DNA of 64,000 nt from Auanema rhodensis (taxonomy: Eukaryota > Animalia > Nematoda). Positions 40,901 to 54,936 of the stretch are shown here, in pieces. The stretch spans positions 20,956,001 through 21,020,000 of the forward strand of contig OZ059895.1 in NCBI GenBank assembly GCA_964057225.1, in the 5' to 3' direction. Both the position numbers and the translations under genes were made by a program. A model generated the notes under the pieces. It searched no databases. It had not been told where the DNA came from and worked only from the letters and a program-made list of their open reading frames with translations. The stretch's first letter is position 1. Every line of letters starts with the position of its first letter.

Positions 40901-42906
40901 ACTTTGAAATTTACGTGAACTTTAATTTATGCTTATTAAGTGTACACGTGATGTGCACTTGGTATGTAACTCGCTTCACGTGAAAGATGAAGAGATTCGC
41001 TTTTCGAAATTAGATTCCCCATGTCCATATTAGTCTAAAAACACATTTTTGTTGATATAGGTGGATGGTAACCATGACTTTGAAATTTACGTGAACTTCA
41101 ATTTATGCTAATTAAGTGTACACATGATGTGCACTTGGTATGTAACTCGCTTCAAGTCAAAGATAAAGAGATGCGGTTTTCAAAATCAGATTCCCTATGT
41201 CCATATTAGTCTAAAAACAAATTTTTATTAATATTGGTGAATGGTAACCATGACTTTGAAATTTACGTGAACTTTAATTTATGCTAATTAAGTGTACACA
41301 TGATGTGCACTTGGTATATAACTCGCTTCACGTGAAAGATAAAGAGATGCGGTTTTCAAAATAGATTCCCCATTTCCATATTAGTCTAAAAACAAATTTT
41401 TATTGATATTGGTACATGGCAACCATGACTTTAAAAATTACGTGAACTTAAATTTATGCTAATTAAGTGTACACATGATGTGCACTTGGTATGTAACTCG
41501 CTTCACGTCAAAGATAAAGAGATGCGGTTTTCAAAATTAGATTCCCCATTTCCATGTTAGTCTAAAAACAAATTTTTATTGATATTGGTGCATGGCAACC
41601 ATGACTTTAAAATTTACGTGAACTTTAATTTATGCTTATTAAGTGTACACGTGATGTGCACTTGGTATGTAACTCGCTTCACGTGAAAGATGAAGAGATG
41701 CGGTTTTCAAAATTAGATTCCCCATTTTCATATTAGTCTAAAAACAAATTTTTATTGATATTGGTGCATGGTAACCATGACTTTGAAATTTACGTGAACT
41801 TTAATTTATGCTAATTGAATGTACACGTGATGTGCACTTGGTATGTAACTCGCTTCACGTGAAAGATAAAGAGATGCGGTTTTCAAAATTAGATTCCTCA
41901 TGTCCATATTAGTCTAAAAACGAATTTTTATTGATATTGGTGCATGGTAACCATGACTTTGAAATTTACGTGAACTTTAATTTATGCTAATTGAATGTAC
42001 ACGTGATGTGCACTTGGTATGTAAGTCGCTTCACGTAAAAGATAAAGAGATGCGGTTTTCAAAATTAGATTCCCCATGTCCATATTAGTCTAAAAACAAA
42101 TTTTTATTGATATTGGTGCATGGTAACCATGACTTTGAAATTTACGTGAACTTTAATTTATGCTAATTGAATGTACACGTGATGTGCACTTGGTATGTAA
42201 CTCGCTTCACGTGAAAGATGAAGAGATGCGGTTTTCAAAATTAGATTCCCCATGTCCATATTAGTCTAAAAACAAATTTTTATTAATATTGGTGCATGGT
42301 AACCATGACTTTGAAATATACGTGAACTTTAATTTATGCTAATTAAGTGTACACATGATATGCACTTGGTATGTAACTCGCTTCACGTGAAAGATGAAGA
42401 GATGCGGTTTCCAAAATTAGATTCCCCATTTTCATATTAGTCTAAAAACAAATTTTTATTGATATTGGTGCATGGTAACCATGACTTTGAAATTTACGTG
42501 AACTTTAATTTATGCTTATTAAGTGTACACGTGATGTGCACTTGGTATGTAACTCGCTTCACGTGAAAGATGAAGAGATGCGCTTTTCGAAATTAGATTC
42601 CGCATGTCCATATTAGTCTAAAAACACATTTTTGTTGATATAGGTGGATGGTAACCATGACTTTGAAATTTACGTGAACTTCAATTTATGCTAATTAAGT
42701 GTACACATGATGTGCACTTGGTATGTAACTCGCTTCAAGTCAAAGATAGAGAGATGCGGTTTTCAAAATCAGATTCCCTATGTCCATATTAGTCTAAAAA
42801 CAAATTTTTATTAATATTGGTGAATGGTAACCATGACTTTGAAATTTACGTGAACTTCAATTTATGCTAATTAAGTGTACACATGATGTGCACTTGGTAT
42901 GTAACT
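37933..42906. repeat. 14-monomer (2463 bp = 14x176-1) tandem duplication of diverged monomers
   Basis: Private variants pair at exactly 2463 bp: 37981/40444, 38388/40851, 38534/40997, 38855/41318, 1-bp deletion 38899/41362, 39948/42411. Confidence 0.93.
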
Positions 42907-44340
42907 CGTTTCACGTGAAAGATAAAGAGATGCGGTTTTCAAAATAGATTCCCCATTTCCATATCAGTCTAAAAACAAATTTTTATTGATATTGGTGCAT
43001 GGCAACCATGACTTTAAAATTTACGTGAACTTTAATTTATGCTTATTAAGTGTACACGTGATGTGCACTTGGTATGTAACTCGCTTCACGTGAAAGATGA
43101 AGAGATGCGGTTTTCAAAATTAGATTCCCCATGTCCATATTAGTCTAAAAACAAATTTTTATTAATATTGGTGCATGGTAACCATGACTTTGAAATTTAC
43201 GTGAACTTTAATTTATGCTAATTAAGTGTACACATGATATGCACTTGGTATGTAACTCGCTTCACGTGAAAGATAAAGAGATGCGGTTTTCAAAATAGAT
43301 TCCCCATTTCCATATTAGTCTAAAAACAAATTTTTATTGATATTGGTGCATGGCAACCATGACTTTAAAATTTACGTGAACTTTAATTTATGCTTATTAA
43401 GTGTACACGTGATGTGCACTTGGTATGTAACTCGCTTCACGTGAAAGATAAAGAGATGCGGTTTTCAAAATTAGATTCCTCATGTCCATATTAGTCTAAA
43501 AACGAATTTTTATTGATATTGGTGCATGGTAACCATGACTTTGAAATTTACGTGAACTTTAATTTATGCTAATTGAATGTACACGTGATGTGCACTTGGT
43601 ATGTAAGTCGCTTCACGTAAAAGATAAAGAGATGCGCTTTTCGAAATTAGATTCCGCATGTCCATATTAGTCTAAAAACACATTTTTGTTGATATAGGTG
43701 GATGGTAACCATGACTTTGAAATTTACGTGAACTTCAATTTATGCTAATTAAGTGTACACATGATGTGCACTTGGTATGTAACTCGCTTCAAGTCAAAGA
43801 TAAAGAGATGCGGTTTTCAAAATCAGATTCCCTATGTCCATATTAGTCTAAAAACAAATTTTTATTAATATTGGTGAATGGTAACCATGACTTTGAAATT
43901 TACGTGAACTTCAATTTATGCTAATTAAGTGTACACATGATGTGCACTTGGTATGTAACTCGTTTCACGTGAAAGATAAAGAGATGCGGTTTTCAAAATA
44001 GATTCCCCATTTCCATATCAGTCTAAAAACAAATTTTTATTGATATTGGTGCATGGCAACCATGACTTTAAAATTTACGTGAACTTTAATTTATGCTTAT
44101 TAAGTGTACACGTGATGTGCACTTGGTATGTAACTCGCTTCACGTGAAAGATGAAGAGATGCGGTTTTCAAAATTAGATTCCCCATGTCCATATTAGTCT
44201 AAAAACAAATTTTTATTAATATTGGTGCATGGTAACCATGACTTTGAAATTTACGTGAACTTTAATTTATGCTAATTAAGTGTACACATGATATGCACTT
44301 GGTATGTAACTCGCTTCACGTGAAAGATAAAGAGATGCGG
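42600..44340. repeat. Partial duplication at a 6-monomer offset (1054 bp = 6x176-2)
   Basis: CTCGTTTCAC at 42909/43963; 1-bp deletion at 42945/43999; CCATATCAG at 42965/44019; ATAGGTGG at 42642/43696. Confidence 0.82.
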
Positions 44341-47300
44341 TTTTCAAAATTAGATTCCTCATGTCCATATTAGTCTAAAAACGAATTTTTATTGATATTG
44401 GTGCATGGTAACCATGACTTTGAAATTTACGTGAACTTTAATTTATGCTAATTGAATGTACACGTGATGTGCACTTGGTATGTAAGTCGCTTCACGTAAA
44501 AGATAAAGAGATGCGGTTTTCAAAATTAGATTCCCCATGTCCATATTAGTCTAAAAACAAATTTTTATTGATATTGGTGCATGGTAACCATGACTTTGAA
44601 ATTTACGTGAACTTTAATTTATGCTAATTGAATGTACACGTGATGTGCACTTGGTATGTAACTCGCTTCACGTCAAAGATAAAGAGATGCGGTTTTCAAA
44701 ATTAGATTCCCCATGTCCATATTAGTCTAAAAACAAATTTTTATTAATATTGGTGCATGGTAACCATGACTTTGAAATTTACGTGAACTTTAATTTATGC
44801 TAATTAAGTGTACACATGATATGCACTTGGTATGTAACTCGCTTCACGTGAAAGATGAAGAGATGCGGTTTTCAAAATTAGATTCCCCATTTTCATATTA
44901 GTCTAAAAACAAATTTTTATTGATATTGGTGCATGGTAACCATGACTTTGAAATTTACGTGAACTTTAATTTATGCTTATTAAGTGTACACGTGATGTGC
45001 ACTTGGTATGTAACTCGCTTCACGTGAAAGATGAAGAGATGCGCTTTTCGAAATTAGATTCCCCATGGCCATATTAGTCTAAAAACACATTTTTGTTGAT
45101 ATAGGTGGATGGTAACCATGACTTTGAAATTTACGTGAACTTCAATTTATGCTAATTAAGTGTACACATGATGTGCACTTGGTATGTAACTCGCTTCAAG
45201 TCAAAGATAAAGAGATGCGGTTTTCAAAATCAGATTCCCTATGTCCATATTAGTCTAAAAACAAATTTTTATTAATATTGGTGAATGGTAACCATGACTT
45301 TGAAATTTACGTGAACTTTAATTTATGCTAATTAAGTGTACACATGATGTGCACTTGGTATGTAACTCGCTTCACGTGAAAGATAAAGAGATGCGGTTTT
45401 CAAAATAAATTCCCCATTTCCATATTAGTCTAAAAACAAATTTTTATTGATATTGGTGCATGGCAACCATGACTTTAAAATTTACGTGAACTTTAATTTA
45501 TGCTAATTAAGTGTACACATGATGTGCACTTGGTATGTAACTCGCTTTACGTCAAAGATAAAGAGATGCGGTTTTCAAAATTAGATTCCCCATGTCCATA
45601 TTAGTCTAAAAACAAATTTTTATTAATATTGGTGCATGGTAACCATGACTTTGAAATTTACGTGAACTTTAATTTATGCTTATTAAGTGTACACGTGATG
45701 TGCACTTGGTATGTAACTCGCTTCACGTGAAAGATGAAGAGATGCGCTTTTCGAAATTAGATTCCCCATGTCCATATTAGTCTAAAAACACATTTTTGTT
45801 GATATAGGTGGATGGTAACCATGACTTTGAAATTTACGTGAACTTCAATTTATGCTAATTAAGTGTACACATGATGTGCACTTGGTATGTAACTCGCTTC
45901 ACGTGAAAGATAAAGAGATGCGGTTTTCAAAATAGATTCCCCATTTCCATATTAGTCTAAAAACAAATTTTTATTGATATTGGTGCATGGCAACCATGAC
46001 TTTAAAATTTACGTGAACTTTAATTTATGCTAATTAAGTGTACACATGATGTGCACTTGGTATGTAACTCGCTTTACGTCAAAGATAAAGAGATGCGGTT
46101 TTCAAAATTAGATTCCCCATGTCCATATTAGTCTAAAAACAAATTTTTATTAATATTGGTGCATGGTAACCATGACTTTGAAATTTACGTGAACTTTAAT
46201 TTATGCTAATTAAGTGTACACATGATGTGCGCTTGGTATGTAACTCGCTTCACGTGAAAGATAAAGAGATGCGGTTGTCAAAATTAGATTCCCCATTTCC
46301 ATGTTAGTCTAAAAACAAATTTTTTTATTGATATTGGTGCATGGCAACCATGAGTTTAAAATTTACGTTAACTTAAATTTATGCTAATTAAGTGTACACA
46401 TGATGTGCACTTGGTATGTAACTCGCTTCACGTCAAAGATCAAGAGATGCGGTTTTCAAAATTAGATTCCCCATGTCCATACTAGTCTAAAAACAAATTT
46501 TTATTAATATTGGTGCATGGTAACCATGACTTTGAAATTTACGTGAACTTTAATTTATGCTTATTAAGTGTACACGTGATGTGCACTTGGTATGTAACTC
46601 GCTTCAAGTCAAAGATAAAGAGATGCGGTTTTCAAAATCAGATTCCCTATGTCCATATTAGTCTAAAAACAAATTTTTATTAATATTGGTGGATGGTAAC
46701 CATGACTTTGAAATTTACGTGAACTTTAATTTATGCTAATTGAATGTACACGTGATGTGCACTTGGTATGTAAGTCGCTTCACGTAAAAGATAAAGAGAT
46801 GCGGTTTTCAAAATTAGATTCCCCATGTCCATATTAGTCTAAAAACAAATTTTTATTGATATTGGTGCATGGTAACCATGACTTTGAAATTTACGTGAAC
46901 TTTAATTTATGCTAATTGAATGTACACGTGATGTGCACTTGGTATGTAACTCGCTTCACGTCAAAGATAAAGAGATGCGGTTTTCAAAATTAGATTCCCC
47001 ATGTCCATATTAGTCTAAAAACAAATTTTTATTAATATTGGTGCATGGTAACCATGACTTTGAAATTTACGTGAACTTTAATTTATGCTAATTAAGTGTA
47101 CACATGATGTGCACTTGGTATGTAACTCGCTTCACGTGAAAGATGAAGAGATGCGGTTTTCAAAATTAGATTCCTCATGTCCATATTAGTCTAAAAACGA
47201 ATTTTTATTGATATTGGTGCATGGTAACCATGACTTTGAAATTTACGTGAACTTTAATTTATGCTTATTAAGTGAACACGTGATGTGCACTTGGTATGTA

Positions 47301-49109
47301 ACTCGCTTTACGTGAAAGATAAAAGGATGCGGTTTTCAAAATTAGATTCCCCATGTCCATATTAGTCTAAAAATAAATTTTTATTGATATTGGTGCATGG
47401 TAACCATGACTTTGAAATTTACGTGAACTTTAATTTATGCTAATTAAGTGTACACATGATGTGCACTTGGTATGTAACTCGCTTCACGTGAAAGATGAAA
47501 AGATGCGGTTTTCAAAATTAGATTCCTCAGGTCCATATTAGTCTAAAAACAAATTTTTATTGATATTGGTGCATGGTAACCATGACTTTGAAATTTACGT
47601 GAACTTTAATTTATGCTAATTAAGTGTACACATGATGTGCACTTGGTATGTAACTCGCTTCACGTCAAAGATAAAGAGATGCGGTTTTCAAAATTAGATT
47701 CCCCATGTCCATATTAGTCTAAAAACAAATTTTTATTAATATTGGTGCATGGTAACCATGACTTTGAAATTTACGTGAACTTTAATTTATGCTAATTAAG
47801 TGTACACATGATGTGAACTTGGTATGTAACTCGCTTCACGTGAAAGATGAAGAGATGCGGTTTTCAAAATTAGATTCCTCATGTCCATATTAGTCTAAAA
47901 ACGAATTTTTATCGATATTGGTGCATGGTAACCATGACTTTGAAATTTACGTGAACTTTAATTTATGCTAATTAAGTGTACACATGATGTGCGCTTGGTA
48001 TGTAACTCGCTTCACGTGAAAGATAAAGAGATGCGGTTTTCAAAATTAGATTCCATATTTCCATATTAGTCTAAAAACAAATTTTTATTGATATTGGTGC
48101 ATGGCAACCATGACTTTAAAATTTACGTGAACTTTAATTTATGCTAATTAAGTGTACACATGATGTGTACTTGGTATGTAACTCGCTTCACGTCAAAGAT
48201 AAAGAGATGCGGTTTTCAAAATTAGATTCCCCATGTCCATATTAGTCTAAAAACAAATTTTTATTGATATTGGTGCATGGTAACCATGACTTTGAAATTT
48301 ACGTGAACTTTAATTTATGCTAATTAAGTGTACACATGATGTGCACTTGGTATGTAACTCGCTTCACGTCAAAGATAAAGAGATGCGGTTTTCAAAATTA
48401 GATTCCCCATGTCCATATTAGTCTAAAAACAAATTTTTATTGATATTGGTGCATGGCAACCATGACTTTAAAATTTACGTGAACTTTAATTTATGCTAAT
48501 TAAGTGTACACATGATGTGTACTTGGTATGTAACTCGCTTCACGTCAAAGATAAAGAGATGCGGTTTTCAAAATTAGATTCCCCATGTCCATATTAGTCT
48601 AAAAACAAATTTTTATTGATATTGGTGCATGGCAACCATGACTTTAAAATTTACGTGAACTTTAATTTATGCTAATTAAGTGTACACATGATGTGAACTT
48701 GGTATGTAACTCGCTTCACGTGAAAGATGAAAAGATGCGGTTTTCAAAATTAGATTCCCCATGTCCATATTAGTCTAAAAACAAATTTTTATTGATATTG
48801 GTGCATGGTAACCATGACTTTGAAATTTACGTGAACTTTAATTTATGCTAATTAAGTGTACACATGATGTGCACTTGGTATGTAACTCGCTTCACGTCAA
48901 AGATAAAGAGATGCGGTTTTCAAAATTAGATTCCCCATGTCCATATTAGTCTAAAAACAAATTTTTATTAATATTGGTGCATGGTAACCATGACTTTGAA
49001 ATTTACGTGAACTTTAATTTATGCTAATTAAGTGTACACATGATGTGAACTTGGTATGTAACTCGCTTCACGTGAAAGATGAAGAGATGCGGTTTTCAAA
49101 ATTAGATTT

Positions 49110-52100
49110 CTCATGTCCATATTAGTCTAAAAACGAATTTTTATCGATATTGGTGCATGGTAACCATGACTTTGAAATTTACGTGAACTTTAATTTATGC
49201 TAATTAAGTGTACACATGATGTGCGCTTGGTATGTAACTCGCTTCACGTGAAAGATAAAGAGATGCGGTTTTCAAAATTAGATTCCCCATTTCCATATTA
49301 GTCTAAAAACAAATTTTTATTGATATTGGTGCATGGCAACCATGACTTTAAAATTTACGTGAACTTTAATTTATGCTAATTAAGTGTACACATGATGTGC
49401 ACTTGGTATGTAACTCGCTTCACGTCAAAGATAAAGAGATGCGGTTTTCAAAATTAGATTCCCCATGTCCATATTAGTCTAAAAACAAATTTTTATTAAT
49501 ATTGGTGCATGGTAACCATGACTTTGAAATTTACGTGAACTTTAATTTATGCTAATTAAGTGTACACATGATGTGCACTTGGTATGTAACTCGCTTCAAG
49601 TGAAAGATGAAGAGATGCGGTTTTCAAAATTAGATTCCTCATGTCCATATTAGTCTAAAAACGAATTTTTATTGATATTGGTGAATGGTAACCATGACTT
49701 TGAAATTTACGTGAACTTTAATTTATGCTTATTAAGTGTACACGTGATGTGCACTTGGTATGTAACTTGCTTCACGTGAAAGATAAAGGGATGCGGTTTT
49801 CAAAATTAGATTCCCCATGTCCATATTAGTCTAAAAACAAATTTTTATTGATATTGGTGCATGGTAACCATGACTTTGAAATTTACGTGAACTTTAATTT
49901 ATGCTAATTAAGTGTACACATGATGTGCTCTTGGTATGTAACTCGCTTCACGTGAAAGATGAAGAGATGCGGTTTTCAAAATTAGATTCCCCATTTCCAT
50001 CTTAGTCTAAAAACAAATTTTTATTGATATTGGTGCATGGCAACCATGACTTTAGAATTTACGTGAACTTTAATTTATGCTAATTAAGTGTACACATGAT
50101 GTGCACTTGGTATGTAACTCGCTTCACGTCAAAGATAAAGAGATGCGGTTTTCAAAATTAGATTCCCCATGTCCATATTAGTCTAAAAACAATTTTTTAT
50201 TAATATTGGTGCATGGTAACCATGACTTTGAAATTTACGTGAACTTTAATTTATGCTAATTAAGTGTACACATGATGTGCACTTGGTATGTAACTCGCTT
50301 CACGTGAAAGATGAAGAGATGCGGTTTTCAAAATTAGATTCCTCATGTCCATATTAGTCTAAAAACGAATTTTTATCGATATTGGTGCATGGTAACCATG
50401 ACTTTGAAATTTACGTGAACTTTAATTTATGCTAATTAAGTGTACACATGATGTGCGCTTGGTATGTAACTCGCTTCACGTGAAAGATAAAGAGATGCGG
50501 TTTTCAAAATTAGATTCCCCATTTCCATATTAGTCTGAAAACAAATTTTTATTGATATTGGTGCATGGCAACCATGACTTTAAAATTTACGTGAACTTTA
50601 ATTTATGCTAATTAAGTGTACACATGATGTGCACTTGGTATGTAACTCGCTTCACGTCAAAGATAAAGAGATGCGGTTTTCAACATTAGATTCCCCATGT
50701 CCATATTAGTCTAAAAACAAATTTTTATTAATAATGGTGCATGGTAACCATGACTTTGAAATTTACGTGAACTTTAATTTATGCTAATTAAGTGTACACA
50801 TGATGTGCACTTGGTATGTAACTCGCTTCACGTGAAAGATGAAGAGATGCGGTTTTCAAAATTAGATTCCTCATGTCCATATTAGTCTAAAAACGAATTT
50901 TTATCGATATTGGTGCATGGCAACCATGACTTTAAAATTTACGTGAACTTTAATTTATGCTAATTAAGTGTACACATGATGTGCACTTGGTATGTAACTC
51001 GCTTCACGTCAAAGATAAAGAGATGCGGTTTTCAAAATTAGATTCCCCATGTCCATATTAGTCTAAAAACAAATTTTTATTAATAATGGTGCATGGTAAC
51101 CATGACTTTGAAATTTACGTGAACTTTAATTTATGCTAATTAAGTGTACACATGATGTGCACTTGGTATGTAACTCGCTTCACGTGAAAGATGAAGAGAT
51201 GCGGTTTTCAAAATTAGATTCCTCATGTCCATATTAGTCTAAAAACGAATTTTTATTGATATTGGTGCATGGCAACCATGACTTTGAAATTTACGTGAAC
51301 TTTAATTTATGCTTATTAAGTGTACACGTGATGTGCACTTGGTATGTAACTCGCTTCACGTGAAAGATAAAGGGATGCGGTTTTCAAAATTAGATTCCTC
51401 ATGTCCATATTAGTCTAAAAACGAATTTTTATTGATATTGGTGCATGGTAACCATGACTTTGAAATTTACGTGAACTTTAATTTATGCTAATTAAGTGTA
51501 CACATGATGTGCACTTGGTATGTAACTCGCTTCACGTGAAAGATGAAGAGATGCGGTTTTCAAAATTAGATTCCTCATGTCCATATTAGTCTAAAAACGA
51601 ATTTTTATCGATATTGGTGCATGGTAACCATGACTTTGAAATTTACGTGAACTTTAATTTATGCTAATTAAGTGTACACATGATGTGCGCTTGGTATGTA
51701 ACTCGCTTCACGTGAAAGATAAAGAGATGCGGTTTTCAAAATTAGATTCCCCATTTCCATATTAGTCTGAAAACAAATTTTTATTGATATTGGTGCATGG
51801 CAACCATGACTTTAAAATTTACGTGAACTTTAATTTATGCTAATTAAGTGTACACATGATGTGCACTTGGTATGTAACTCGCTTCACGTCAAAGATAAAG
51901 AGATGCGGTTTTCAAAATTAGATTCCTCATGTCCATATTAGTCTAAAAACGAATTTTTATCGATATTGGTGCATGGTAACCATGACTTTGAAATTTACGT
52001 GAACTTTAATTTATGCTAATTAAGTGTACACATGATGTGCGCTTGGTATGTAACTCGCTTCACGTGAAAGATAAAGAGATGCGGTTTTCAAAATTAGATT

Positions 52101-54936
52101 CCCCATTTCCATATTAGTCTAAAAACAAATTTTTATTGATATTGGTGCATGGCAACCATGACTTTAAAATTTACGTGAACTTTAATTTATGCTAATTAAG
52201 TGTACACATGATGTGCACTTGGTATGTAACTCGCTTCACGTCAAAGATAAAGAGATGCGGTTTTCAAAATTAGATTCCCCATGTCCATATTAGTCTAAAA
52301 ACAAATTTTTATTAATATTGGTGCATGGTAACCATGACTTTGAAATTTACGTGAACTTTAATTTATGCTAATTAAGTGTACACATGATGTGCACTTGGTA
52401 TGTAACTCGCTTCAAGTGAAAGATGAAGAGATGCGGTTTTCAAAATTAGATTCCTCATGTCCATATTAGTCTAAAAACGAATTTTTATTGATATTGGTGA
52501 ATGGTAACCATGACTTTGAAATTTACGTGAACTTTAATTTATGCTTATTAAGTGTACACGTGATGTGCACTTGGTATGTAACTTGCTTCACGTGAAAGAT
52601 AAAGGGATGCGGTTTTCAAAATTAGATTCCCCATGTCCATATTAGTCTAAAAACAAATTTTTATTGATATTGGTGCATGGTAACCATGACTTTGAAATTT
52701 ACGTGAACTTTAATTTATGCTAATTAAGTGTACACATGATGTGCTCTTGGTATGTAACTCGCTTCACGTGAAAGATGAAGAGATGCGGTTTTCAAAATTA
52801 GATTCCCCATTTCCATCTTAGTCTAAAAACAAATTTTTATTGATATTGGTGCATGGCAACCATGACTTTAGAATTTACGTGAACTTTAATTTATGCTAAT
52901 TAAGTGTACACATGATGTGCACTTGGTATGTAACTCGCTTCACGTCAAAGATAAAGAGATGCGGTTTTCAAAATTAGATTCCCCATGTCCATATTAGTCT
53001 AAAAACAATTTTTTATTAATATTGGTGCATGGTAACCATGACTTTGAAATTTACGTGAACTTTAATTTATGCTAATTAAGTGTACACATGATGTGCACTT
53101 GGTATGTAACTCGCTTCACGTGAAAGATGAAGAGATGCGGTTTTCAAAATTAGATTCCTCATGTCCATATTAGTCTAAAAACGAATTTTTATCGATATTG
53201 GTGCATGGTAACCATGACTTTGAAATTTACGTGAACTTTAATTTATGCTAATTAAGTGTACACATGATGTGCGCTTGGTATGTAACTCGCTTCACGTGAA
53301 AGATAAAGAGATGCGGTTTTCAAAATTAGATTCCCCATTTCCATATTAGTCTGAAAACAAATTTTTATTGATATTGGTGCATGGCAACCATGACTTTAAA
53401 ATTTACGTGAACTTTAATTTATGCTAATTAAGTGTACACATGATGTGCACTTGGTATGTAACTCGCTTCACGTCAAAGATAAAGAGATGCGGTTTTCAAC
53501 ATTAGATTCCCCATGTCCATATTAGTCTAAAAACAAATTTTTATTAATAATGGTGCATGGTAACCATGACTTTGAAATTTACGTGAACTTTAATTTATGC
53601 TAATTAAGTGTACACATGATGTGCACTTGGTATGTAACTCGCTTCACGTGAAAGATGAAGAGATGCGGTTTTCAAAATTAGATTCCTCATGTCCATATTA
53701 GTCTAAAAACGAATTTTTATCGATATTGGTGCATGGCAACCATGACTTTAAAATTTACGTGAACTTTAATTTATGCTAATTAAGTGTACACATGATGTGC
53801 ACTTGGTATGTAACTCGCTTCACGTCAAAGATAAAGAGATGCGGTTTTCAAAATTAGATTCCCCATGTCCATATTAGTCTAAAAACAAATTTTTATTAAT
53901 AATGGTGCATGGTAACCATGACTTTGAAATTTACGTGAACTTTAATTTATGCTAATTAAGTGTACACATGATGTGCACTTGGTATGTAACTCGCTTCACG
54001 TGAAAGATGAAGAGATGCGGTTTTCAAAATTAGATTCCTCATGTCCATATTAGTCTAAAAACGAATTTTTATTGATATTGGTGCATGGCAACCATGACTT
54101 TGAAATTTACGTGAACTTTAATTTATGCTTATTAAGTGTACACGTGATGTGCACTTGGTATGTAACTCGCTTCACGTGAAAGATAAAGGGATGCGGTTTT
54201 CAAAATTAGATTCCTCATGTCCATATTAGTCTAAAAACGAATTTTTATTGATATTGGTGCATGGTAACCATGACTTTGAAATTTACGTGAACTTTAATTT
54301 ATGCTAATTAAGTGTACACATGATGTGCACTTGGTATGTAACTCGCTTCACGTGAAAGATGAAGAGATGCGGTTTTCAAAATTAGATTCCTCATGTCCAT
54401 ATTAGTCTAAAAACGAATTTTTATCGATATTGGTGCATGGTAACCATGACTTTGAAATTTACGTGAACTTTAATTTATGCTAATTAAGTGTACACATGAT
54501 GTGCGCTTGGTATGTAACTCGCTTCACGTGAAAGATAAAGAGATGCGGTTTTCAAAATTAGATTCCCCATTTCCATATTAGTCTGAAAACAAATTTTTAT
54601 TGATATTGGTGCATGGCAACCATGACTTTAAAATTTACGTGAACTTTAATTTATGCTAATTAAGTGTACACATGATGTGCACTTGGTATGTAACTCGCTT
54701 CACGTCAAAGATAAAGAGATGCGGTTTTCAAAATTAGATTCCTCATGTCCATATTAGTCTAAAAACGAATTTTTATCGATATTGGTGCATGGTAACCATG
54801 ACTTTGAAATTTACGTGAACTTTAATTTATGCTAATTAAGTGTACACATGATGTGCGCTTGGTATGTAACTCGCTTCACGTGAAAGATAAAGAGATGCGG
54901 TTTTCAAAATTAGATTCCCCATTTCCATATTAGTCT
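49110..54936. repeat. 16-monomer (2816 bp) tandem duplication
   Basis: TTCAAGTGAA at 49599/52415; CCATCTTAG at 50001/52817; TTTAGAAT at 50055/52871; TTCAACATT at 50684/53500. All offsets are 2816 bp. Confidence 0.93.

Noticed and set aside
36000-47200. Transposon insertion, inversion or non-satellite island in the diverged zone
   Set aside because: Monomer register and orientation continue throughout; only substitutions and 1-2 bp indels are present.
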